From Alphaproteobacteria bacterium (GTDB lineage Bacteria > Pseudomonadota > Alphaproteobacteria > Rs-D84), in assembly GCA_017629245.1 (NCBI GenBank), contig JAGBXO010000002.1:86475-150474 (forward strand): a DNA stretch of 64,000 nt, given 5' to 3'. Below the pieces are notes generated by a model, which saw only the letters and a list, made by a program, of their open reading frames with translations, did not search any database and was not told the DNA's origin. Below, in pieces: positions 52,550 through 61,934 of this stretch (position 1 is its first letter; each line of letters starts with the position of its first letter). The position numbers and the translations under genes are program-made.

Positions 52550-52936
52550 TTACATCGCACGCAACAGATATCCACGACGGAACATGCAACGACGGTATGC
52601 ACCAATTGTGCGTGATGCCGTGTTGCGTGGTACAGACATCAGACTGCGTTGGCCAACATCACGATATTCGTTTGATTGAAATGTTACCCACAGGCCGTCC
52701 CAGTCGGGCATAATTCCGGCTTGGTTTGGGGATAGTAATTTTGAAATGCGGGAACGTGGCTGATATGATGGGCGGTCGATCCCCAGACATGATTTATGGT
52801 CACGAACAAATTGTTCGGTTGTGACCGCTTCGTTTTCCCAATTAAGGACGGTTGCATCATCAATACTGCCGCGGTTGACAGATGCGCAGGACGATAAAAA
52901 TAATGCCAAAAATATGGTCGGAAATTTTATTCTCAT
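52550..52936 (-). CDS. hypothetical lipoprotein
   Basis: Lipobox LSSC; D..SC...RCM..RGY pattern. Confidence 0.7.
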   Translation of the reverse strand: MRIKFPTIFLALFLSSCASVNRGSIDDATVLNWENEAVTTEQFVRDHKSCLGIDRPSYQPRSRISKLLSPNQAGIMPDWDGLWVTFQSNEYRDVGQRSLMSVPRNTASRTIGAYRRCMFRRGYLLRAM

Positions 52937-53011
52937 GTTTTTATTATAATTTATTTGCCTTTTTGGGGCAATAGTTTTTATAATATAAAAAAAGAGAGAA
53001 AGGACAACCCA

Positions 53012-53335
53012 ATGGCAGTTAATGTTCAGCAGTTTATTAAATTGGCAAATTATTATAACCAGACAGCAATGGTTATGTCAGCCGTTTGTGTGCAAAAGGG
53101 TGGGGTTGCAATAGAAAACTATGTTGGTCGTTTCTTTGTTGCGGATTTGTTGGAATATATTGTTGAGTATGGGCGACGGTTGCAGACGGCAGATAAAAAT
53201 CTGGCACCTGAGGTTGTAGCGCTGATAAATCGCTTTTCAGCACAATTTCAAGGAATGCGTGATTTGGTGACGCCAACACAAAAACCAATACATGAAATGA
53301 CACTGGCAGAATTTGAAAAAATCATGAATATATAG
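53012..53335 (+). CDS. hypothetical protein
   Basis: 107 aa, AAGGA SD, upstream TATAAT. Confidence 0.65.
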   Translation: MAVNVQQFIKLANYYNQTAMVMSAVCVQKGGVAIENYVGRFFVADLLEYIVEYGRRLQTADKNLAPEVVALINRFSAQFQGMRDLVTPTQKPIHEMTLAEFEKIMNI

Positions 53336-53355
53336 TATGATAGCAGGATAAGGAG

Positions 53356-54702
53356 ATGTTTGGGATGAAGTTTTTTAAAAATATATTTTTGGGGACTTTG
53401 TGTTTTTCTGTTCTGGCGGGGTGTTCTTTGTTAGGCAAGAAAAAAGCAGAGCAGCCGCTATTTGATAATGTGACCGTTGTTGAAGAAACGGTGATTGATT
53501 CACGGTCGGTACCAATTTTTCCGAAAAAAGCGGCGTTGACAACAGATACGGCGCGTAGGTTTTCGATAGAACTGCCGATGCGATGCGAGGTGGACTGGAA
53601 TAATCAAAGCGTTGTGTCGGTTGTACCGTCTGAAAAAATAGAAATGGTGCGTTTAGGGGTAGGGGATCCGTTGCCAGGTGATTTAAAGGTTTCTGATTAT
53701 GAGTTTAAGGATTTGACGGTTAAACGTGCATTAGACAAGTTGTTAGAGGGTACAGATATTGCGGTTGTGGAAAACGAGGCCTTGTATGAAAAAATTACAG
53801 GTACGATATCGGCGGGCGCGTTGGAAGATGCGGTTGAACTGATGACCAAGATGGGGCGGGCGTACTATTCTTATGATGCGCACAATGGTGAATTGCGTTT
53901 AACGCATCGTGGAAAGTGGTTGATAAAAATGCCGCAAAATCAGACCATTATTATGGCGTTGTTGGATGCAATGCATGGTGCAGATATGCGTAATTTGTTG
54001 GTAGATTGGGCGGATAAAACGGTCGTGTTCGAAGGTAATTATCAGACAGAACGTGAAGTGGCAAAAATAATAGCAGATATTTCTGGTAAAAAATATATGT
54101 TGGCGTGGGATATTGATGTATATCGTGTGTATCCGCGGACAGATAATCCAATTGTTTGGATGAATTTGTTGCCGGCGTTTGGTGACAAGAATGTCAAGAT
54201 GTCAATCCCAGGTGTTGTTGGGCGTGCATTGGTTGTTGGGCCAGAGATTAATACAAAAACACTGCAAGAATTTATGGCGCAACAGGCGAATGTGGTATTA
54301 GTATCCCAGGGGACATTTGCAATTCCAAATGGTTGGCAGTCACGATTTGATATTGGGCAGTGTGGGCGTGAAGAAAGATTGGAAACGGATTTAATTGTTG
54401 GTGCAACCGGTACATATGGGGATTATGCGGGGCGTAAAAAGATTGATGCAAAAATCGTTTTGCGCACCAGTCAGGGGGAATTGAGTTCGTTTAATATTCC
54501 ATCATCTGTTGGTGATAATTATGTTATTGTTGGTATTCCAACGCATTCTTTTGTGACAACACCAGAAACACTGATTTCCCCATTTGCAGAATTGGTGGTG
54601 TTTATGTCTCCACGTGTTGTATCAGTGGTTGATGGTATGGCGGATGTGTCGGGCGCAAATGAATTAATTGGTGATGCGTTGCGTGATTTCCTGAATGAAT
54701 AA
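53356..54702 (+). CDS. divergent lipoprotein secretin-like protein (PilN/BfpB-type)
   Basis: Lipobox LAGC, N0-like LTVKRALDKLL, C-terminal ELVVFMSPRVV. Confidence 0.5.
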   Translation: MFGMKFFKNIFLGTLCFSVLAGCSLLGKKKAEQPLFDNVTVVEETVIDSRSVPIFPKKAALTTDTARRFSIELPMRCEVDWNNQSVVSVVPSEKIEMVRLGVGDPLPGDLKVSDYEFKDLTVKRALDKLLEGTDIAVVENEALYEKITGTISAGALEDAVELMTKMGRAYYSYDAHNGELRLTHRGKWLIKMPQNQTIIMALLDAMHGADMRNLLVDWADKTVVFEGNYQTEREVAKIIADISGKKYMLAWDIDVYRVYPRTDNPIVWMNLLPAFGDKNVKMSIPGVVGRALVVGPEINTKTLQEFMAQQANVVLVSQGTFAIPNGWQSRFDIGQCGREERLETDLIVGATGTYGDYAGRKKIDAKIVLRTSQGELSSFNIPSSVGDNYVIVGIPTHSFVTTPETLISPFAELVVFMSPRVVSVVDGMADVSGANELIGDALRDFLNE

Positions 54703-54716
54703 AAGGAATTTTAAAT

Positions 54717-55970
54717 ATGTTTTCAAAATTGGAACGAAAAGTTGCATTTAGATATCTGGGCGCAAAAAAGCGCGGTTTTGGATCTGTGATTTCGTGGGTG
54801 TCGCTGCTTGGTATTATGTTAGGGGTGGCAACACTGATTGTTGTAATGTCGGTAATGGGTGGTTTTCATGATACCTTGTTGGGGCGTATTGTGGGAATGA
54901 ATGGGCATGTGGTTGTTTATCACCAAGATGGGGCAATTTCTGATTTTGATTATTTAATTGATAAGATGAAGCAAAATCGCGCAGTGGCAACCCAGGTGAC
55001 TTCTATTGTGCCAATTGCTGAAGGGCAGGTTATGGCGACCGCCAATGGTAATAATACAGGTGCAATGATACGTGGTATCAGAATGCCGGATTTAATTGCC
55101 AAGACACAGACAGGAACGCGTGTGTATGGTAAACCGCTGACAGAAATTGTAGATGGTGAATTGGTTGCAGGGGCATCATTAACACGCGGGTTAAAGGTGA
55201 CAATGGGGGATAATATTTCATTGGTGTCGGCAAATAATGCAACCCCGACACCATTTGGTTCAATGCCACGAATTATGTCGTACCCGGTAAAATCTTCGTT
55301 CTTTATGGGAATGTATGAATATGATTCAGGTTATATTTTTATGCCATTAGAGACAGCGCAAAAATATTTGAATATTGGTAATTCTGTGACACATATTGAT
55401 TTATTTTTGCGTAATCCAGAAGATACAACCCAGGTGTTGGAAAGTCTGGGGCATTTGTTGCCAGACGGTTTTGTGGTACGTGACTGGCGCGATTTAAATC
55501 GTGGTTTTGTTGGTGCATTGCAGGTGGAATCAAATGTGATGTTCTTAATATTGATGCTGATTGTGATTGTGGCGGCGTTTAATATTGTGTCCAGTTTGGT
55601 TATGTTGGTAAAAGATAAGAACAAAGATATTGCAGTTCTGCGAACATTTGGAGTGTCACGCAAATCAATGATGAAGATTTTTGTTCTGTCGGGGACATCA
55701 ATTGGTGTTATTGGGGCGTTTTTCGGTACGATATTGGGTGTGATAATTGCGATTTATGTTGAACCAATCAGACAGTTTTTTCAATGGCTGACAGGGCGTG
55801 ATTTATTCCCGGCAGAATTATATTATCTGTCAGAACTGCCGTCAAAGTTGGTGTGGACAGATGTCTTGGGAATTGCGTTGATTGCAATATTGTTGGCTTT
55901 TTTGGCAACGCTGTATCCCGCGTGGAAAGCAGCAAATACAGACCCGGTTGAGGTGTTGCGGGGTGAATAA
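54717..55970 (+). CDS. lolE: lipoprotein-releasing ABC permease LolC/E
   Basis: AFRYL, GIMLGVATLIVVMSVMGGF, VAAFNIVSSL.MLVKDK..DIAVLRT. Confidence 0.9.
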   Translation: MFSKLERKVAFRYLGAKKRGFGSVISWVSLLGIMLGVATLIVVMSVMGGFHDTLLGRIVGMNGHVVVYHQDGAISDFDYLIDKMKQNRAVATQVTSIVPIAEGQVMATANGNNTGAMIRGIRMPDLIAKTQTGTRVYGKPLTEIVDGELVAGASLTRGLKVTMGDNISLVSANNATPTPFGSMPRIMSYPVKSSFFMGMYEYDSGYIFMPLETAQKYLNIGNSVTHIDLFLRNPEDTTQVLESLGHLLPDGFVVRDWRDLNRGFVGALQVESNVMFLILMLIVIVAAFNIVSSLVMLVKDKNKDIAVLRTFGVSRKSMMKIFVLSGTSIGVIGAFFGTILGVIIAIYVEPIRQFFQWLTGRDLFPAELYYLSELPSKLVWTDVLGIALIAILLAFLATLYPAWKAANTDPVEVLRGE

Positions 55971-55983
55971 AGGAAATATCTAG

Positions 55984-56694
55984 ATGGCGAATATTTTAAA
56001 TTCTTTGTCAAGGGTGGCGCGTGGTGATGTGGTTATGTCGGTGCGTGATATCAAGAAAACCTTTATGGAGGGGGGGCAACCGTTGCATATTCTGCGTGGT
56101 GGTGGGTTTGATTTGCATCGTGGGGAAATTATCGCGATGGTTGGTCAATCAGGATCGGGTAAATCAACACTGTTGCAATGTGTGGGATTGTTGGACCGAC
56201 CAAGTGGGGGCAGTATCTTAATCAATGGCGCGGCCGTGCAAAAGATGGATGAAGATATGCGTACCCAAATTCGCAGAAAGAAAATAGGATTTGTTTATCA
56301 AAAGCATAATTTGTTGTCTGATTTTACAGCACTGGAAAATGTAATGTTGCCAATGTTGGCAAATGGAATGGATGAGAATTTGGCGCGTGCGCGTGCAATA
56401 AAACTGTTAAAGTCTGCAAATGTTGCACATCGTGCATCTCATCATCCAGCGGAAATGAGTGGGGGGGAACAACAACGCGTGGCGGTGGCACGTGCATTGG
56501 CAAATAATCCAGATATTTTATTAGCTGATGAACCAACTGGCAGTCTGGACCCACAGCATGCTATGGTGGTCTTTGATTTGTTGTTGGATTTGGTGCGAAA
56601 AAATAAAATGGCAATGTTGTTCGTGACACATGATATGGCGTTGGCAGAACGCGCAGACAGAAAAATTACAATTGACAACGGTGTTGTTATGTAG
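55984..56694 (+). CDS. lolD: lipoprotein-releasing ABC ATPase
   Basis: GQSGSGKST, MSGGEQQRVA, LADEPTGSLD; follows lolC/E. Confidence 0.9.
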   Translation: MANILNSLSRVARGDVVMSVRDIKKTFMEGGQPLHILRGGGFDLHRGEIIAMVGQSGSGKSTLLQCVGLLDRPSGGSILINGAAVQKMDEDMRTQIRRKKIGFVYQKHNLLSDFTALENVMLPMLANGMDENLARARAIKLLKSANVAHRASHHPAEMSGGEQQRVAVARALANNPDILLADEPTGSLDPQHAMVVFDLLLDLVRKNKMAMLFVTHDMALAERADRKITIDNGVVM

Positions 56695-56731
56695 TGTAAT
56701 ATATACATGAAATAAAAATAGGAGAGGGAAT

Positions 56732-57766
56732 ATGAAAAAATCACAAGATGTTCGTGTTGTTCATACTAAGTCGCAACGTATCTGGGGTGCTTTGGCATTG
56801 GTTGCGTTGTTTGGATGCGGTGTAATGGCTGGGGTTGGTTTTAGCAAAAAAGATGTTGTTCAAAAAACTTCTGATGGTATTGCAGTTAATTTTAGTCCAA
56901 ATGCAAATATTGACTTTACAAATATGAATGTTGGTGAAACAAAATCACACAATGTTCATGTGACAGTGTCTGCGCCATTAAAGACGTTGGCGGTTAAACC
57001 AATCGAGGGGATTAGCGGACTGAAAATTACAAATGATTGTGCAGATATTGCCCAGGTTAATGCGCGTGGGGGGTGTGATATTAATGTGGAATATACACCA
57101 CGGGTTGCGTTGGATTTAGGGCGGGTGCCTTTGATTGTTGGATGGGCAGATGCATCGGGTGAAGAATTTATTGCAGAATTGCCAATCTTGATTAAGGTAA
57201 TAGATCCGAACCAAAAGGCAACATGTGTCGTGATTGAGGAATTGTTGGCAGATAGGTTGAATCCAGAAGATTCGCCAGAGGTTTGGGCACACGAAGAAAA
57301 TATCAAAATTTATGAAAAGTTGGTTATGAATGGTTGTTCTGAAAACCAGATGAAGTATCATAAAATGGCGCAACGCGAACGGGATATTTTGGCCGCGTTG
57401 CAGCAATCGGGTACCGCACAGCAGACATGTGAACAGATTGAATCTTTGCTGATTGGGCAATTGCCGCCGGCCGATAGTGATGCGTATTACAGAATTACGC
57501 GTGCAAAAATTTATGCGAACCTGTCGGAACGTGGGTGCGCGGAAAACAGTGCAAAGTATGTTGAAATGGCAAAGCAAGAATTGGAAATCGCGCGTGCGTT
57601 AAAAGATGATGAATTTAGTAATAATGATACAATAGAAGTTGTCGAAACATACAAGCGTTTGAATATGCAGGCGGCCGCCGAAGAAATATTTGAGACTGCA
57701 AAAAAACTGACGAATCCGGCGATTGATTTTATTCTGGAAGTGGAAAAAATCATTAATGAAAAATAA
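56732..57766 (+). CDS. membrane-anchored protein with Ig-like domain and two Cys-containing helical repeats
   Basis: N-terminal TM; two TC..IE.LL...GC.EN repeats 68 aa apart. Confidence 0.7.
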   Translation: MKKSQDVRVVHTKSQRIWGALALVALFGCGVMAGVGFSKKDVVQKTSDGIAVNFSPNANIDFTNMNVGETKSHNVHVTVSAPLKTLAVKPIEGISGLKITNDCADIAQVNARGGCDINVEYTPRVALDLGRVPLIVGWADASGEEFIAELPILIKVIDPNQKATCVVIEELLADRLNPEDSPEVWAHEENIKIYEKLVMNGCSENQMKYHKMAQRERDILAALQQSGTAQQTCEQIESLLIGQLPPADSDAYYRITRAKIYANLSERGCAENSAKYVEMAKQELEIARALKDDEFSNNDTIEVVETYKRLNMQAAAEEIFETAKKLTNPAIDFILEVEKIINEK

Positions 57767-57776
57767 GGCTGTTTAG

Positions 57777-58391
57777 ATGAAGAAGTTTGTTGCGTTATTG
57801 GGAATTATGATTGCACCATCTGTGTTTGCAGATGAAGGGGCAGGGGTCGCTGCGCGTGTAACATGCGCAGATATCCAGGCCCAGATGTCAGAATTGGCTG
57901 CGGTGGAAGAACCAGATGCAGATACGGTAGATACGCTGACAAAATTAAAGGCGGATTATCGTCGCTCGTGTTCCCGGGCAGCACGTGGACGCAAAACTTC
58001 GGCAGGTGTGCGTGTTGTAAAAGAAACATCTGATGCGACAGAAAGCGCAACAGAGGTAGAATATGAAAACTCAGATGATGAAAAAGCACAAGATGCTGCA
58101 GAAGAGGTTAAAGAAGTAAAAAAGGTCGATGAAAAATCGGCAGAAGAAAAAAAAGATGTGGTGGACAAGGATGTAGATACTGAAAAAAAGCAAGAGTCTA
58201 AGCCAGAAGAACCATCAGAAGATGAGTTGTTAGAACAAGAATTAGCAAATTTGGATGCGGGTTTGTGTGCAGATGGCACAAAACCGAATAAATTTGGATG
58301 TTGTGGTGATGAATTGTTTAAAGATTTGGGAAATACTGTGTTTGCGTGTTGTCCGAAAGATGGCGGTGATTGTTTTCCACCAATAAAATAG
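57777..58391 (+). CDS. secreted protein with acidic linker and Cys-rich C-terminal module
   Basis: Signal peptide, E/D/K-rich linker, 6-Cys tail. Confidence 0.75.
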   Translation: MKKFVALLGIMIAPSVFADEGAGVAARVTCADIQAQMSELAAVEEPDADTVDTLTKLKADYRRSCSRAARGRKTSAGVRVVKETSDATESATEVEYENSDDEKAQDAAEEVKEVKKVDEKSAEEKKDVVDKDVDTEKKQESKPEEPSEDELLEQELANLDAGLCADGTKPNKFGCCGDELFKDLGNTVFACCPKDGGDCFPPIK

Positions 58392-58402
58392 GGGTATAAG
58401 AT

Positions 58403-58636
58403 ATGAAAAAAAATATTGTATTTATTATAGTGGCTTTTTTAGTTGGTGGTGTTTTTGGATGGTGTCTGCATGTAAATCGTGATGTGTTTTCCTTTGGTGA
58501 TGGGCCGTTGTGTCTTGACGGTGAAGTACCTGATAAGCACGGATGTTGCGAAGGGGAATTGTATACCGATATGGGGGATTTAGGTTTTAATTGCTGTCCA
58601 GAAAGTGGTGGGGATTGCTTTCCGCCGATTAGATAA
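58403..58636 (+). CDS. small membrane/secreted protein with the same 6-Cys module
   Basis: Paralogous tail LCxDG..P.K.GCC...CCP..GGDCFPPI. Confidence 0.75.
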   Translation: MKKNIVFIIVAFLVGGVFGWCLHVNRDVFSFGDGPLCLDGEVPDKHGCCEGELYTDMGDLGFNCCPESGGDCFPPIR

Positions 58637-58723
58637 TATGTGATATTTTTTATACGGGGTTATGGGACATGGCGACAAAAAAATGTCGTTTATGTCCTTT
58701 TTTTATGATAAAATGCATTTGTT

Positions 58724-60988
58724 ATGGCAAAGAATTCTAAATTTTTACCCGACAGTGTTTCGGGGGCGTTGAAAAGTTTGCTGTCCCGCATGTTTGGTGG
58801 GGTGGTATGTGTATTTGGTGCATGGGCGACATTGGCGTTGATTTTCTATAACCCATATTTAGACGGGGTTAGTGTGGCCAGTTCGTTTGGGGTACAATCT
58901 TGGATGGGGAATCTGGTTGGGTCAATCAGATGGTTAGTTGGAACTGTGCCGGGTGTGTTTTTATTTATGTGTTTATCACGGTGGGGTTTGGTCAAGGCAT
59001 TGGGAATGGTGGGCAGTGAAACACCAGAATATAATTTCTTGCGTGTATTTATTGCGCTGTGTGTTGGGGCTGTTGGTTTTGGATTGGTATCACCCAGTGC
59101 GACATATGGTGGAATTTTTGGTGCTATCGCAGCAAATGATTTGATGTTTGTGATGGGAAAAATAGCGATTTTACCGGGAATTTTATGTCTGGTTGCGTTT
59201 ATGTGGATGGGGGGCGTGTTGTTGCATATTAAATGGGCACATTTGCGTATGGCAATGCGGATAACATGGCGTTGGATTCGTTGGCTGGGCAGTGCGTTTC
59301 ATTTAACACGTGCCGAAGGTGCGACCACTGTATTTGAAGATGATAAAACAATAGAAGAAGAACCAGAAGCACCCAAGGAAAGTGAAGCGCCTAAGAAAGT
59401 AAGACGCGGTTTGTTGGGACGTAAAAGCATAAAGGCTGTAGCGGCTGTTGCGCCTAAGGTGGCAGAGGCCACGCCTAAAAAAGTTCGTGCAACATCGGTC
59501 TATAAATTGCCAGATACGAAATTGTTGGAACGGTCTAATTTTAGCAAATATGTTGTGACACCAGAACTGAAGCAAAATGCCCGCAGTATGGAGGTGAAAT
59601 TTGCCCAATATGGCGTGCGTGGCAAGGTTGTGGGTATCAAACCGGGGCCGATTGTGACACTGTATGAATTTATGCCAGATGATGGTACGCGTATGGCCGA
59701 TGTTAATAAGACTGTGACTGATATGACGCGCGCAATGGCAACAGAAAGTATTCGTATTGCGCATATTCCGCGCACTCAATTGATTGGTGTGGAAATGGTT
59801 AATGCCAAGCGTCAGACCGTGCGTTATCGTGGCCTGATGGAAGATGAATTGTTTGTTGATACAAAATACAAAATTCCATTGGCGTTGGGTGTGGATATTG
59901 GTGGAAATCCAATGTACTTTGATTTGGCAAAGATGCCGCACATGTTGGTTGCAGGGCGTACAGGGTCGGGTAAGTCTGTATTTGTTCAGTCAATTATTAC
60001 ATCGATTGTTTATCATTTTACGCCTGATAAATGTAAACTGATTATTATTGACCCCAAGGGGGTGGACTTTGGATTTTGGGATGATATTCCACATTTGATT
60101 ACACCAATTGTAAAGTTAGAACCAGAACCAGCAGTTAATGCGCTGAAATGGGCGGTGCGTGAAATGGAAGAACGGTACAAGCAATTGCAGGTTCTGAATG
60201 CGCGCAATATTGAAAGTTATAACGAAACTGCTGCGCAAAAACGCGCTGCGGGTGAAAGAATGACCAAGCAGGTCGCTGTTGGTACAGACCCCGAGACAGG
60301 TGAACTATTATTCGAAACCCAAGAAATAGATTTATCTGATATGCCGTATATGGTCATTATTATTGACGAGGTTGCAGATTTGATGAGCCTGGCCCGCAAG
60401 GATGTAGAAGCGTGCGTACAACGCATTGCACAAAAGGCGCGCGCGGCTGGTATTCACCTGGTGATGGCGACCCAACGACCAGACGCGACAACAATTACAG
60501 GTGTTATCAAGGCGAATTTCCCAACACGTATTTCTTTCCAGGCGCGCAGTCGCATTGACAGTGTGACATGTCTGGGCGAAGGTGGGGCAGAACAATTGCT
60601 GGCCATGGGGGATATGTTGTTTAGTGAGGCAGGACGTGTTCCAGTGCGTATCCACGGGGCATTTATCGATGACCGCGAGTTAACGCAAATTGGTAATTTC
60701 CTGCGCAGTCAGGGTACGCCAGAATATGCCGAAGGTGTGACCGACGGCGAAGGTGGTGGGGATGTTCCTGGTATGCCAGGTGCAATTCCAGGTGGTGGTG
60801 GAGATAAGGAAGCAGACCTGTATGAACGCGCCAAAGAATGTGTTATTCGTGATAAAAAGCCGACAATTTCATATATTCAGCGTCGTCTGCAAATTGGATA
60901 TAACAAGGCAGCCGGATTTATGGAACGCATGGAACAAGATGGGATTGTGTCGGCGCCGGATGCAAACAACAAGCGTCATATCCTTTAA
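58724..60988 (+). CDS. ftsK: DNA translocase FtsK
   Basis: 4TM N-terminus, DLAKMPHMLVAGRTGSGKS, IIDEVADLM, ATQRP, gamma domain (IQRRLQIGYNKAA). Confidence 0.97.
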   Translation: MAKNSKFLPDSVSGALKSLLSRMFGGVVCVFGAWATLALIFYNPYLDGVSVASSFGVQSWMGNLVGSIRWLVGTVPGVFLFMCLSRWGLVKALGMVGSETPEYNFLRVFIALCVGAVGFGLVSPSATYGGIFGAIAANDLMFVMGKIAILPGILCLVAFMWMGGVLLHIKWAHLRMAMRITWRWIRWLGSAFHLTRAEGATTVFEDDKTIEEEPEAPKESEAPKKVRRGLLGRKSIKAVAAVAPKVAEATPKKVRATSVYKLPDTKLLERSNFSKYVVTPELKQNARSMEVKFAQYGVRGKVVGIKPGPIVTLYEFMPDDGTRMADVNKTVTDMTRAMATESIRIAHIPRTQLIGVEMVNAKRQTVRYRGLMEDELFVDTKYKIPLALGVDIGGNPMYFDLAKMPHMLVAGRTGSGKSVFVQSIITSIVYHFTPDKCKLIIIDPKGVDFGFWDDIPHLITPIVKLEPEPAVNALKWAVREMEERYKQLQVLNARNIESYNETAAQKRAAGERMTKQVAVGTDPETGELLFETQEIDLSDMPYMVIIIDEVADLMSLARKDVEACVQRIAQKARAAGIHLVMATQRPDATTITGVIKANFPTRISFQARSRIDSVTCLGEGGAEQLLAMGDMLFSEAGRVPVRIHGAFIDDRELTQIGNFLRSQGTPEYAEGVTDGEGGGDVPGMPGAIPGGGGDKEADLYERAKECVIRDKKPTISYIQRRLQIGYNKAAGFMERMEQDGIVSAPDANNKRHIL

Positions 60989-61094
60989 AATTAAATATAA
61001 TAATTCATCTATGGGTGGGGGCGACATCTCATGTAGCGTTATGTACACTACGATGTCGCCCCCACCCTATATCTAAATCATTCTATTTAATTTT
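60987..61094. mobile_element. palindromic MITE/RPE-like element, copy B
   Basis: Same ends and core; arms GGGTGGGGGCGACATC / GATGTCGCCCCCACCC. Confidence 0.75.
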
Positions 61095-61095
61095 G

Positions 61096-61202
61096 AAATT
61101 AAATATAATGGCATATCTAAAGCGGGTTGGTAATGGCTCATGTAACTTCTGTACACTACGATTCCCCCATTCACTTTATCTATACCATTATCTTTAATTT
61201 TA
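61096..61202. mobile_element. palindromic MITE/RPE-like element, copy C (chimeric)
   Basis: Left arm and core near-identical to copy A; inner right arm differs. Confidence 0.75.
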
Positions 61203-61268
61203 CCCCGTTGTAGGGTGGCTTGTTTGTATAATGTTTTTATGGTATAATGACTTAGAAAGGAGATTCTT

Positions 61269-61817
61269 ATGTCAAAAAAACAGGAAATTGCAGCATTAAA
61301 AGAGGTTTTAACAGCACTGGCGGACAGTAATAATACAATATATGCAGAAACAGTTGAAGCACAATCAGATGATGGACGTAATTGGCGTTACCGTGTGAAT
61401 GGTACAGAAGGAAAGTATATTTTGCCATCTAAGAATAAGCGTGATGTTTCAAATTCAATTGCCGCGCATGTAAACAGTTTTAAGATTGGCAAAGATATTT
61501 CTGTGCGTACCGTTCGTGGAAAATGGGTCATTCGTACCCCAAAATGGGAGGTTCGATATGATCTGCAAACAGAAGAATTGAATGGTTTGTTGTCCGCGTT
61601 GCGTAAACGGTACGAAGGTAAGTCTTTGACAGATAGTCTTTATCGTTTGCGTACACATTGCCAAGACGATGAATTGCGCGAATTTGCCAAGAATTTGAAA
61701 GAAGCAAAGACAACAAAAAAATCTAAATATGAAAAAGCAATTGAAAATTTGAAAAGTTTGGGGGTTGAACCAAATAGGTTGATGGAATATATTAAGAAAA
61801 ATCAAAAAGATATATAG
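61269..61817 (+). CDS. hypothetical basic protein
   Basis: 182 aa, AAGGAG SD, TGGTATAAT upstream. Confidence 0.7.
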   Translation: MSKKQEIAALKEVLTALADSNNTIYAETVEAQSDDGRNWRYRVNGTEGKYILPSKNKRDVSNSIAAHVNSFKIGKDISVRTVRGKWVIRTPKWEVRYDLQTEELNGLLSALRKRYEGKSLTDSLYRLRTHCQDDELREFAKNLKEAKTTKKSKYEKAIENLKSLGVEPNRLMEYIKKNQKDI

Positions 61818-61934
61818 TGTTTGTATGCTGGGGATGTTAGTCCCCAGTTTTTTAATAATGCGAACATAGTCGGGGATTTTTGGCTTTTTTATGTGCAGGT
61901 TTTATGATATAATTTTTTCAAAAGGAGATTAATT

